A DNA stretch of 64,000 bases from Eledone cirrhosa. Taxonomy: Eukaryota. A program made the translations under genes and the position numbers. Location of the stretch: assembly GCA_964016885.1 (NCBI GenBank), contig OZ024745.1, positions 44,082,001 through 44,146,000 of the forward strand, given 5' to 3'. The notes below the pieces were generated by a model. The model did no database searches and was not told the origin of the DNA. It saw only the letters and a program-made list of their open reading frames with translations. This document shows, piece after piece, positions 51,101-64,000 of this stretch (position 1 is the first letter of the stretch; every line of letters begins with the position of its first letter).

Positions 51101-53474
51101 GTGAGAATCTTGCATGAGAGTAGTATAATCCACACTATTGGTTATGTCAACACATAAATAAGTCTAAATACAATCCAGTCACATACAAATGCCTATACAT
51201 GACATCATAAAACTAAGTTAAAAACGAACTCATTGATAAAACAAGCTAGATTTTACTTAGAACTAACTTTGGATAAGAAGAATGAAATATATAAGCTATG
51301 ATGATGATAATGATGTAAGTAAAAGGTGGCTCTGAGAAGATAAATTTTCCATTTATTCTATAACTAAGATTTTTACTACCAAAGTTAGTAATGTAAGCAA
51401 TAACAGAGACAGTTGGTTGGAAATGGGTCAAATAATTTCCTGTTTGAATTCCATGTGACAACACCTTTCTTGTCATTGTTATAACAGGGATAAATTTTAT
51501 TGAAAATTAATAGAAGACAGGTTCAATGCTTTAAGCTCTGTTATAGCAATGTTATCAGAGACTCTACATACGATTCTCGGCATGTGTCCAGTCACCAATA
51601 AACTTCCAGTCTCAAAGCTCAGGTGTCTGTAGCCATACTACTTGTAAAATTATATGATGATGACAACTACTCTGGTGCTGGTTCCACGATAAAATGCATC
51701 CAGTGTACTTCATGGCACCAGCACCAGAGTGTTAGGAAACTATGCAAAAATGGAGCATAGATGTGAAATGTGGTCTCTCAACTTGTTTATAAGGGCAGTT
51801 ACCCAGAAAAAGAACTGAATCAGGCCGTGACAACCCATCCAACACATGTCAACATGAAAAGTGAATGCTTAATATCTTGTAATAGAAAAAGAAAAAAAAT
51901 GTCATTCCTAATGTATCCACATTGTGAAGTAGTTGAAGTCATATGAACATTATGTAAATGCACAAAGTTTTTCACCCATTAGGTGACATCTGAATTAGAG
52001 ACCACATTTATTTAAAAACAGCTAAAGTTAATATTGTTCTCTGCACTTTTTTACATTGACAAATGTTTTAGATTGTCCCCAATTTTCAGATGTCTTAAAT
52101 CTCATGGTTAATGTTAATAAACAATATAGACTTTGTTAGCTAGGAGAGACCATTCTGTAACTGAAAAAAAATTGTCTCTTTTCATGTCCATCAAAATAAA
52201 ATTTCCATTGCTGACATATTGTAGACTGCTGTTAGCATTTTTGCACCCTAGGGCTCTCATATTTCTGTACTGTACAAGTTATAGGTTGTTATTCTCTGAC
52301 ACCTCAACCGTTTTGCAAAACAGTGTTCAGTGAGAATTTCACACCAACTCATTCAGTTGTCAGAATGAATGTTATTATTTATAATAGTTTCAAGTGGACT
52401 GTCACAGCAGATCATGTTAAATCTTCAATAGATATCAATACTGAGGATAGCCAAAATGCTTGTATCACAACCGCTTTGTGGTGACCACCTGTGTCCCTCA
52501 TAAACACACTGCCTGCACCAGACTGCACTGTGATTGGGTTACAAAAATATTTCAGATGGAATGGATGTAAAGTATTGAAATAAATGGTTCAGGTTTTCAA
52601 AAAATGAGTTGAAATATTTTTTGTATTTTGCTCTTTGAAAATTAATAAGATTAGATTGTAAAAGAAATGAAAACTTCCTAAAACTTAGAATTATTATTAA
52701 GCCTTTTCATACAAAAATGCCTAAAACCACCCTGGATTTATGATACAAAACTACCCATTTTAAAATGTTTGTCATATTAAAATCTTCCATCATAATTTCT
52801 CCAAACTTTTTATTTTCAGAATTAATTGGAACACATAAATAATGTATTTCATTAGAGATATGGTAATAAAATGGTTAATGGATACCAGCTGTTTATATAG
52901 TTTAATGAAAACTAAGCAGGCTATCCAATTGATATATTCATATTTCCATGAGAATATCATAATATAAATGTAAAATAGAATTGTTTTATAGTTTAGTAAA
53001 TAACAGATCTGTCCTTCTCTATGCATACAATGCCATTTAAACATAATCTGCCACTGATGTTATAAGCTGTTTTATAAGAGTGTAAACAAACGTATTGATA
53101 GGAATTATATTTGATGGGTGATATTATTTTGTATTGAAATATAACTATTAAATTGATTTGGTAGAACTCTTTAATAGTTTCCTTTTCTTTTCCTGTTGTT
53201 ATGATTTTATTCAATAAAGAAAACATTAAAAGAGCACTATCATAATCTCTAAAAAGTTAATTGTTGGAATATAAAAAAAAAGCAAAATTACAAAAGTGAA
53301 ATTGAATGCTTTTAAACTCAGAAAACAGCTAAATCAATTAGCTGTAACAATGTCTTTCTGTTTACCAATCATTTCCATACAAATAAAATATTGTCTAAGT
53401 TTGGTTTATATTCTGGTTAAGATATCTTTGACAATAAATTGGACAAAGAATAAATTGAAAATGTATCTCAAAGC

Positions 53475-53692
53475 AAAATAGCCTAAATACAATATAACCC
53501 ACGTTAAAATAGCCTAAATACAATATATCCCATGGTAAAATAGCCTAAATGAAATATATCCCATGGTAAAAAAGCCTAATAAAAAATATATCCCATGGTA
53601 AAATAGCCTAAATTAAATATATACTATGGTAAAATAGCCTAAATACAATATATCCCATGGTAAATTAGTCTAAATAAAATATATCCCATGGT
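53475..53692. repeat. Minisatellite, 31-bp unit (aaaatagcctaaatacaatatatcccatggt), 7 copies
   Basis: Head-to-tail units with no unique spacers. Confidence 0.92.
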
Positions 53693-55236
53693 AAATAACA
53701 TTAATACCACTACTATCTTCCTTGCTAGCTGCCAAATTTGAAAAGCAATAAGATATTCTAAGTAATCCATGTAGTCTATCAACAACACATGAGGGATACT
53801 TTCTGGAAAATACCAATCTCAAACCAGAGTGCAGAAAATGAATTATTTATTTACATAACATATTCAGAACACTTCAACTTCCATATTTACTGCTAGACAT
53901 TAGACATACAAACAATATAAAAACCTGACAGCAAAATTAGCATAGAATAAATTTTCTGTCAACATAAAGAATCTTAACAGTTTTACAAAAAGAATTTCTC
54001 GTTCACTAAATTATTCAATGCAACCTGTTTCTGATACTGTAGCTGGAGTTTGTGCTGCTTGGGGTGGTCCTTTTTATTGCCCAACCCTTCCTTATTCACA
54101 CACACAATGCAACCCCACCCTCAAGTGCTGCACAGTGCAAACACCCCATTATTAGCCTTCTTAGCCATGCCTGGTCAAAAGTCCAAAGCTTATTACAGTT
54201 ATTGTGTTGTGTCCCTGGGTAATTCTGTTCACTACAATTTGTTTGAATGTCAAAACAGACTACTTGAATAGTTACAAAAATAATAGCTTCTGAATCGATA
54301 AAATAACAAAATAAAATAAAAACAAAATCTATACACAGAGACACATATTTTGAATAATTTTAAAAAATCATTGCTTTTAAGCCTGCTTTTCTATGCTGTC
54401 ATGAATTGAATGTTTTTTTTTAAAATTATTATTATTGCAGGTTCAGTCCATCAAATGGGCTTCCAAAGTTTCCATCTATCCAATTTCCCCCTACAAGACT
54501 TAGGTTGACCTGGACACTTGCCAAGATGCCATGCAATGGGCTCAAAACCAAAATTTAATAATTGCAAAGCAAACTCCTAAACTATTTATCCATGCTGCGT
54601 CCACAATTTAATGAAATAGTAACTATCTTTTACAGTAACTTTATAGCTTTGACAAAGCATCACTCTGGTATCATTAATTTCTCGGTAATGTAATGTAAAA
54701 ATCTACATTAGAGATAGATTTATGCACGAGATACAGTTTTAATTTGAGAACTACTACTGAAAATTGGATAATAGCCTTGTAGATTGTTTAACTAATTTTT
54801 ATTTATTTCAACAAATAATAAACAAGGAAAGATAAAATAGAAGTTAATAGCTTAAATCTGAATCCTATAAAAATTGAGTTAGGCCTTTGTTCAATAAATT
54901 TTACATTATATTGAAATGTGAATCAAGACTATACTATACATGCATTTTCCATCTCTAAATTTCATTAGCTTCATCTGCCTGACAGAATCAGACACATGAA
55001 ATTCAAAACGTATTATTGAACCAGTTATTATTATTATTAAACACATCACTAACATAGACTGAAAGACAAGAATTCTTTTTCATTGCTCTTAGAACAATAA
55101 TTTAAGTGCCAAAAACAAAACAGACGAATTGGTCTTTAGTTTTTCTTCAGTAAAATAGATGTAGTTTGCTGCCTTTTCTTAGTTCAAAATCAGGACCAAT
55201 TTTCCCATTCATCTCTCAAATATCAACAAAATAATT

Positions 55237-55390
55237 GTTTCTACTTTAGGCACAAGGCCAGCAATTACCCAGTGCATTACTAGTACTTTATTTTATCGAC
55301 CCCATAAGGATGAAAGACAAAGTTAACCTCGGCGGGATTTGAACTCAGAATGGCAAGGGCCGTAACTCTATGCATCAAAGCATGGCGTCC
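55237..55390 (-). mobile_element. Type A SINE copy (others at ~61812-61985 and 62035-62110)
   Basis: ttttatcgaccccataaggatgaaagacaaagttaacctcggcgggatttgaactcaga. Confidence 0.8.
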
Positions 55391-55529
55391 AATAAAATAA
55401 TACACAACCATACATTTCGTAATGAATTATCAGTTAAATATAAATAGAAAAGTTTGGTCAGTTTGCACTAATTGATACAATAAGAATTTATTCCTCTAAC
55501 AAGCTTCAAGATAATTGTTTGAAGTGTTA

Positions 55530-55978
55530 CAGTACACCTTATAAAGTGGTTAGTGACAAGAAAGGCATCCAGCTGTAGAAGCCATGCCAAAAAGTGTCAA
55601 GAGAACTATTGTTATTGATCTACATGATAAACACACCCAGTACACTCTATAAAGTGATACGAAGGGCATCCAGCCATAGAAAACCTGTCAACCAAAGGGT
55701 CAGGAGGATTTTTCAGCAGTGTCAAAGACATGACAACCTCCTTAGTATTAGTTCCATATGTGAGATACAGATACCCCTGTCTGTCTGAGAAATTAGCCAT
55801 CATCATTTAACCCAAAGCGGTATGGGTTAGACAGGATGCCCTTCTGATGCTAACATTTTTGGTTGCCCCTTACAAAATGAAGAGATACAGTGTACCTATT
55901 CTAAAATCTGTCATGACTTATCTGACCCTTGCTAGCAGGGAAAACAGATGTTAAATGATGATGATGATGATGATGATG
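55530..55978 (+). mobile_element. SINE 'type C' with RTE-like (gat)n tail; other copies at ~21070-21290, 29430-29610, 30605-30830(-), 36010-36130, 45320-45500(-), 51665-51870, 58535-58695
   Basis: Recurrent ttaggaagggcatccagc..tagaaa core. The 3' end acccatgcaagcatggaaaa..gttaaatgatgatga is shared with the RTE 3' ends at 14470-14645 and 62350-62525. Confidence 0.7.
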
Positions 55979-56939
55979 TTATTGATATCATTGATATATA
56001 AAATTTATATCAACAAAAACAAATCCCAATGTAAATTATCACAAACATCTATTTAAAAAATTAAGATTCAATGAAAAATCTATAGTTGTTCCATTTTTTA
56101 CTCCAGTCAACTGTTGCCCCCGTTTTTGTTTTTTTTACTTCCTATGAAAAATATAGTAATCAATAGTAACAGAAAGTAGGAATTTTTCATTGATATATTT
56201 TACAAGCTGCTAATTTACACAGATGTGTATCAATTTATTTCAATAATGTTTGCAATAAAAAAAAATTAGTGATAGTAAGGAGAAAAGGAAGGGAGGAGCA
56301 GACTCTACACCCAAGTCAGATGGTATATTTCAGCTGCACCTTGTGGACAAGAAGGCAAAAACATTGCTGCAGAGAACAGTTAGCAACACCCACTGCATTG
56401 GTCACTCTACCTCATGGGGCTCCTTCAGGAGCTAACTGGATTGTATAGGTTACTGATAAGAATCTCAAATAACCTACTGCATGTAGTTGCATTATGTATG
56501 TATGTTTGTTTGACATGGACAGAAAAGACATGGTCACCCATATTATGATGGCCACTGCTATATTCCTTAGCAATGATGTTAAACAAAATCACTTAAGAAA
56601 CTATCATTAAAGCAAGCCAATATCACATTAATTATAAATTTCAAGTTGGAAGGTTGACATATTCAATACAGATCATTAGCATAATTCTTCCAACTATACA
56701 ATTTCTAACCACTAAGTGAATTTAAAGATATCTATTTCTAACCACTAAGGGTTTTAAAGATATCTGGTTGTAAAACACAGCTCCTGCTTATTCAACCCTG
56801 TAGTATTTTTTCAGTCATTACTGCATAATTATATCTTAGATACAAATAATATTTCAAACTCTAGCCGAAAGATAACGCAAAGGAGCTCACATAAAACATT
56901 TTAGAGTAGTCACAATATTGAAATGTTTTCAACATAAAG

Positions 56940-57280
56940 GTTGTGGACGTAAGCAATGATTAAGAAGCTTGCTTCACAACCATGATATCCAGGGTTTGAC
57001 ATTACTGTAGAGTATCTTGGGCAGGTATATTTACCACTTTCTCAGGTTGACTCAAGCCTTGAAAGAAATTGGATAGAAAGGAACTGTATGGAAACCTGTC
57101 AGATGGATTGTACCTGTAATTCAAAGGTCCAGCTTTGTCATATATTGTGTCACACTTATTCAGCTTAGAAACTATGTTATGGGTACAAGTGTCAGTAGAA
57201 TACCCAAATAATAAAATGTTTCTTCACAAGTTGGAGATTCAGTTTATCAAACAACTGAATACTCATCATTGAAATCAACA
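56940..57280 (+). mobile_element. tRNA-derived SINE 'type B'; other copies at ~2585-2820(-), 10100-10350(-), 14070-14395(+), 22985-23260(+), 25905-26000(-), 34910-35080(+), 35150-35385(-), 54440-54600(-)
   Basis: Shared gttaagaag head, tcttgggcaag, aagccttgtgagtg, ggaaactg and gatggactgtacctgtaattcaaag blocks. Confidence 0.7.
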
Positions 57281-57319
57281 GAATCAATCACATAAATAAT
57301 TTCATAATTGCACCTTTAA

Positions 57320-57521
57320 CCCTTTAGCATTTACATTACTCTATATATACTATTGTATTTTCATGGTAAAGGCTTTATCTCACATAATATCGAATCTATG
57401 AGATTTTGATGTTATTTATTTTGAGAACAAAACATAAGTATGAGCAGCCAGTCACAACTGGTTTGACCAGAAAGAGGTGAGAGAATTCTGGCTAGATATG
57501 GGCGGTTTAAATGCTAAAGGG
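57320..57521. mobile_element. piggyBac-like (TTAA) MITE
   Basis: ttaa|ccctttagcattta ... taaatgctaaaggg|ctaa: 14-bp TIRs starting CCC, with a TTAA site (one side mutated). The same left end recurs at ~13371-13410. Confidence 0.75.
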
Positions 57522-57830
57522 CTAAATATATTAGAATTCTGAAAATGAAACTTAACATATAACCCAGAGACAAAATTTCAAAGCTATGAGTGCCAATCTC
57601 AGCTTTGAATAGTGCATGCACACGTATTTATAACTACATACTCACACATAAAAACCTTGCAACATATGTCTAACATACATTTTAAAGTTATTTTCTGTTT
57701 ATATATAAATTTTAGCTGTATTAGCTCTACAATAAAAATGAAAATAAAAATTTAATCACTAATCCAAAAGTTTTTTGTCCAAGCAAATCTTAAGGGCCAA
57801 TGCTTAGTCAGTTTCAAAGTATTAAATAAA

Positions 57831-58309
57831 CTAGCAGAAAAAGCACCCTTCGGGTGGTTTTCTGCTAGCATGTGTAGTGTGCATATTGATATTATACGCA
57901 AGTATATATGCATGTAGATATGATACATCAAATAACATCGTAACAATATACACAGAAATTGAACGAAGACTACATTACACTCTCTTATGTAATCAGTAAC
58001 GTAATCCATGATACATTAAAAAAAGACAATATTATATATAAACTGCATTAGGAGAAAATTAGTGATGGAAAAATATGAATGTTTATTTAAGCGATCGCTA
58101 ACCGGAAGTGTTGACATTTGAAAATTTTAAAGAAGTGAATCTTTAAATAAACAATAAAATATATTTAATCAACAGCTACGAAATTTAGTAGATAAATTAT
58201 GTAATATTCATTCATTATTTATTCAAAGTAATCCAACTTGTTTTACTAATGGGATAAAAAATTATAAACTGTACGCAGTCCCACACTCCTTACTTTATTA
58301 TAGTTTAGA
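57831..58309 (-). mobile_element. Non-autonomous Helitron (~479 bp)
   Basis: The minus strand begins A|TCTAAACTATAATAAA and ends with hairpin cacccgaagggtg, 9 nt, then CTAG|T. This fits insertion into an AT dinucleotide with no TSD. Locally richer in CpG than the flanks. Confidence 0.7.
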
Positions 58310-58875
58310 TTTAAGATAAATCTCCACTGGATGGAATATTGGTATACTGCAGGTTACATCTATAAATAATTTTGTATTTATTGCCAATAACTACATCAAG
58401 TGACTTATGTAAAATTAACCTTTTTGATACCAAACTGCTTGAAACAGCACCTGGTTCTATAATACAGAGTTATTTATTTAAAACCCAGTCCACCCTATAA
58501 GATGGTAGCGCTAAAGCCATGATTAATTGCTCCCAGTACATGCTGTGAAGTGGTCGGCATTAGGAAGGACATCCAGCAGTAGAAACAAAACCAAAACAAA
58601 GCATACTAGCAGGACCTATTTACCTGACAGGTTTGGCCTAGCCACATAACAGCCATTTAACCCATGCAAGCATGGAAAATAGACATGATGATGATGTTTA
58701 TATTTATCTAAAAACCTTTCATCAAAATTTTATGTAAGAAACTTCTGTTAAGTTATGTTTCAAACACCAGCTTCATGATTAGCTATAATACTACATCTCT
58801 CCAAAGTTTTGATTATTTTCAAAATTTGAAAAACCTTAGCTAGCGAAAAGGTTGTGGATACTATGAAAATAAACA

Positions 58876-58969
58876 ATATAATTTGGATCTGGTTGGAAAA
58901 GAAGTTCAGTAACCAATATAATATCTATGTGAAAAATGATTTTTTTTTCTAACCAGATCCAAATTATAT
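58876..58969. repeat. Inverted repeat with ~25-bp arms
   Basis: atataatttggatctggttggaaaa and ttttctaaccagatccaaattatat (one mismatch). Confidence 0.75.
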
Positions 58970-61900
58970 AAAACGAAATGATGCAGATAGAATGTAGTTT
59001 ATTCCAAACACACAACTAGAACCCTCTAGGTTACTGTAAATGGTAGGTTTCACCACCACAGAGTATATCTCCTGGAGAATGTACATCCTCAACATACCAA
59101 AGACTAGCGTTCCTCTTGTAGACTTAAAAATAATTCAGCCCGCAACAAATATCATCCTTCATCTAAGCTGAAGTGATATTCACAAAAGAATACAGCTCTC
59201 ACATCTAGGAAGGTACTGCACCTACACAAACTTGCCAAAGAACATCAACTTCTACTTTAATGACTTTTCAGACATTCCAGACTCAGACTCACTCGTCTCT
59301 CCTTTTCTTATCACCAATATTGTCCACCACAAACACACTAACCACTACACCCAGTCTTTCCTCCCCAGAACACCAGCTCCATAGAATTTCTTCACTGCTC
59401 ATGTTTTTCTTGCAGATATCAACTTTTCAAGAAAAATATTAACTTTGTCTATTTCACCAGTCTCAGAAGGACTGTGAATGCAATGGTCACAACCTTTCTT
59501 GCAGACTAAACCAGGTTATTTGAAGATTATCACAAAGATACAGATTTGCAAGAAAATGCATAATTGATTGAACTGCCCCCTGTGAATGTCTGACACTTCT
59601 TTTCTTAATACCAAAGAACTAGAAGGCAAATTTGGGGTTTGAATTTCAATTTCATTGAATACAAAGTTGAGTTAAAATGTAATTAGTTTGGCAATGCAAT
59701 TTCTGCCACTCTAATTCATTTCAAAATATAATATTTGATATTATTGAAATTTAATTGGAGAATAAACTAGATCCTACAAACAATGCTTGACCCTTTATGT
59801 TGAGAGAAGCTCCTATGATTACAAGAGAAATCCACATTAAAGTGCCCCGACAACACAATTCAACCAGTACCTCTTGTATAGACAGAGTTGATCTTGGAAA
59901 AATGTTTGAATGCAGCAGTTATGAAACTGAGATCAGAACTAAACTATAGAGGTGTATTTGAATCTTGTAAGTACACATTCAACCACAGAATATATTCAAT
60001 ATTCTCCAGAATATGGTAACAGCACCTGAAGAAGGGGATCTATTAACTCTAATTCAAATATTTCTAACACAATTCCTATTACATTAAATGCAATATTAGA
60101 TATTTCTTTATATTACTACTGTACTAGCTAAGTTATATAGCTATTGATGTCTTCACACAAGGAACTTATCAAATTTAGTAATTTCATCACTGTTATTTTC
60201 TGTTCAGGTTTCAAGTTAGCATGAGTTGGATAATTCCGTTCATATTTGGAGTACTACCTTCATACACAGGTTGGAGAATGCCATCGTACTCCTGTTCCAT
60301 TTTTGGCATGGTTTCTGTGAGCAGATGTCAAACACCAACCACTTTACAGAAGTCACTTAATCTAATTTTTTAATTTTATTCTAAAAAATGTTATACAATT
60401 GTTTAACTAATTTTATTCAGCAATGTAAGGGTGACATTGTTATCTATATTATTAATCAAACAAATTTCATGAAACAAAATGTCACAGCATTTTGCTTAGA
60501 AATAAATTTTAAAAAAATATAATATTGAGAGAAAATCAAACAAAAATATAAGAAAAAGGAATCAAACTGTAGTAGTTATTTGAAACCCAAATGTTTGTGC
60601 ACAATGCTAAGATAACAGAATGATCAGACCTTTAAATAATTGATTACACTGAAATAAAACAGTGTTTCAGCATTGAGCTGGTATTTTTGTGGAATGTGCT
60701 GCCCTAAGTAATACCTACCTCGCTGAAGATTAACATTCATTGCTACAGAGCGAAGGACAGAGCTGGCGGAATTGACCAGAGTTGAGTCATGGGCGGAAGG
60801 AGGAGACTGCTCAGGTAAACCTGTAGTCTTGTTGTTCCCAGCTGTAAGCAGTGAAAAGAGGCGGAATGAGAAAATTAATGCTACTCAGATCACTGGCTGG
60901 ACTGAATAAGGGATGGACTTCGGGTACACAGCTCGTTATTTGAAGGGATCAACTGGCAGCAGAAGGAATTAGCCAAATAGTTAATGTAAAATGTTACAAG
61001 AAAATCCATTATCAAGATAACTATATAAATGTATCCAAATGAGAAAATTAGTTTCACGTCTAACCACAAGACCAACAAAAAGAGTAAGGCAATCTTCTTC
61101 AAAATCACAAGTCAGCTGTAGCATAGATACAACTGTCTTAAAACATTAAGGAAAGAGAAAGAGGAAATAACTATATTAGTATTATGCTTGGGATAACAGA
61201 AAAGAAATATTTAATAGGTAAGCAGAATACTCTAAATCCTTGATTAGATTGGTCAGTAGCAATATAGATAAAAAACAAAAAAAAAAACAATATAAAAAGA
61301 GAAAGAAAATCAGATCACATTCAGAATACACACATACACAAATATAGAGAATAGCAACTTTCAATGATATTATATTTAATCAGATTATCAAAACAAACAA
61401 AGCAGTTGTGAGTGGATTTGGCTCTATGACTAAGAAGCAATCATTTCTGAGAGGGATTGTTATCATTTCCAAAAATTGCTGAACAAAGCAATATACTGAA
61501 AAACTGAGATAATTTAGTTAGAAATTCTTAAGAGAGATGGGTTTAGAGCAACACAAATGGAGTTTATAGCTAAGAAATGTGTGCAAATAGAGCGCAAGTG
61601 GTTAAGTAGTTAAAGTATTAGCATTCAAAAAACATACATTAGTTGGCACAGCAACTGACCAAAAACAAAACAGGTTTAAAGTAATATTCATAGGAGAGAT
61701 TAGAGCAAGCAATTAAGATGCATTATGCACAAACATTTCTGGAAGTGACACCATTAATTAAACAAAACAGAAAAATGAACTTTTTCATGAGTGAACATAA
61801 CAACAACATAATAGTTCCTAATTTAGGCACAAAGCCAGCAATTTAGGCGGAAGAGAAACTTGATTATATCGACCCCAATATATGATGTGGTAGATAAAGT

Positions 61901-63221
61901 AATGTACTTTACTTTATCTACCACAGATGGATGAAAAGCAAAGTTGACCATGGTGGGATTTGAACTCGAAACAAAGAGCTGTAAAATAAATTTTTACATA
62001 TACTTAAGATCACAAATGTATGAGGAAAAATAAAGTCTATCAATCCCAGTAATTGACCATCGGCCTTGGAAAGATGAAAGGCTAAGTCAAACCTGGCAGC
62101 ATTTAAAATCAGAACTTAAAAGGAGTCATCAAATAATTTCTTACATAAGCACAATGCAACAAATTTAGGGGATGGCTATATTGATTAGTTTGACCCCTAA
62201 ACTTGACTGGCACAGATGTTATCAACCTTTGAAGAATAAAAAGGGGAGTCAGAATGTAAGCTTGCTCTATTGGATGAATAATGTTAATGAGTATGAATGA
62301 TGGAGCATGAATAAACTGAAGAAAAAAACCGAATATGAATGGAATCAGATGTAGTGTGCTAGAGAGAAGAGTCTGTATATGGACATGTGGTGTATAGGGA
62401 TGATGATTACTCAAAACACTGAACCTCACTGAGGAGATTACAAAGCAATTCAACAAGTGGAGACAGGCTTGGCTGGAGAGGATCATCCAACCCATGCAAG
62501 CATAGAAAAGCGGGCATAAAATGACTAAATTTGGTCTGACACACCGCGAAAATAAAAACTTTATTCTTGGGTATGTGAATATATGAGAGAATTATGATGA
62601 TGGGGTAACTCATTGTATATATATATATATATAGTATGTGTATTTATGTTTACACTGACCTAAAAACCAATGATCAATAAAATAAGTATCAGACTGACTA
62701 CATATAGGAGTCAATATGATTGACTAAAAATCTTGAAAACAGTACCCAACATGGATGCAGTCAAATGATTGAAACTGGTAAAAGTATACAGAATTATAGT
62801 TAACCTATTTCATACCAAACTGCCTAATACTGCCCTGGATTTCTGATACAAAACTGCTTGTTTTAAATTGTTTATATTTATTTTAAAATCCTTCCATCAT
62901 AATTTTATTTAAGTTAATTTCTGTCAGGTCCTAATATTATCAGGTCATTAATGAAAGAATTTGTTTTTTTATTAATTTCCTCCAAATAGTTGATTATTTT
63001 CAAAATTAATTGAAACATATAGGCAGTGTATTTCACTAGAAATACACTGGGCTAAATAAAATATTGGATTACAGATCCCAAACTAGTACCTACTGAAAAA
63101 CTATTCTGCAAGTAAGTTTTAATTTTAACTTCGTATAATTTTACTATTCAAAGGTTACATGCCAATCAGTCAAACTACATAGGCAGTGATTCAATAGTAT
63201 TATGCAGTCTATAGTGTTGTG

Positions 63222-63257
<36 letters not shown>

Positions 63258-64000
63258 AATGAATGAGAGGGAGAAAAAGAGAGAGATGTGTGTTTGGTTG
63301 CATTTGTTTGCACAGGAGTTATAATGCCTTTACAGAAAACACCAAGATAATATTTATATTATTTTAAATGTAAGTAAATGGAAATTTTTTGTAATTTTAG
63401 ATATTGTAAAATTTGATTATTAGACTTTGATTTTATTATACACTTAATAATTTAACTGTGGTATATTCCAATCACATATGAAAATTCCCACCATCGATCA
63501 ATCATGAGGTTAACAGGTTTGTATAGGTCACTATTTATCAGTTGATACTTCAGTTATATAATCTTTTCTCTCTCTCTCCATTCAAATCATTATTTCTTTT
63601 AAGAAATGTCAATAATGATGTAATCAATGCTTTTTACTTTTAAAACAAACTAATAAAGCCTTTGAGAGGTCAAATGAAATTGAAAAGTTTACACCCTTAT
63701 GATCTTAAATAAATACTTACAGGCAAACCAGACACAAAATAACTGTGAGGGTTAAGCTGTTAGACTGGATCAAACTTCATTACCATAGCCATTATGCCCC
63801 TCCACCCAGGAATACATGTTAAGCCTACTTTTTCTAGATTTCCTGACCAACAAAAAACAGGTTTTGCTTCACGATTGAGTGGTTCACAACAGGAAAGATA
63901 TCCAACTATATAAGCCAATTAGAGAGCCTCAATGTGGTCGTTCAATTTGCTATAAATATCTCTCAAAGCATACTCTTGCATATGATTCTAGATATACAAC

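Noticed and set aside
53475-53692. 31-bp direct repeats as a CRISPR array
   Set aside because: The units are contiguous with no unique spacers, there are no cas genes and the context is a eukaryotic intron. It is a minisatellite; the same applies to 27205-27525 and 6700-6930.

Overview
AT-rich, intron-rich animal genomic DNA. Its tRNA-derived SINEs, RTE/CR1 LINE debris and long (TA)n/(CA)n tracts look like an octopus (coleoid cephalopod) genome; this taxon call is an inference. The window holds one clear protein-coding gene on the minus strand, a TCF20/RAI1-family chromatin regulator with polyQ/polyT tracts, an AT-hook-like motif and a C-terminal extended PHD finger. I could splice it by eye in frame: 44073-43970, a 4974-nt exon 43295-38322, 29893-29800 (94 nt), 29331-29282 (50 nt), a stop-containing exon 25247-25195, and a probable 3'UTR exon from 18474 to about 16020. 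This gives about 1754 aa counted from the ATG at 44068. The promoter is probably beyond the right end of the window. The rest is repeat-derived: three SINE types, RTE and CR1 fragments, hAT and piggyBac-like MITEs, a non-autonomous Helitron and minisatellites. The most notable items are: (i) a ~99% identical ~505-bp inverted repeat in the last intron, near a candidate cassette exon that would switch the C-terminus; (ii) repeated fold-back or template-switch inverted duplications from 16 to 500 bp; (iii) an exon layout that seems to match human TCF20/RAI1; and (iv) a candidate 24-nt microexon. I see no prokaryote-type system such as CRISPR or an operon, and I cannot claim a wholly new biological system. 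Coordinates were counted by hand, and repeat boundaries are approximate.
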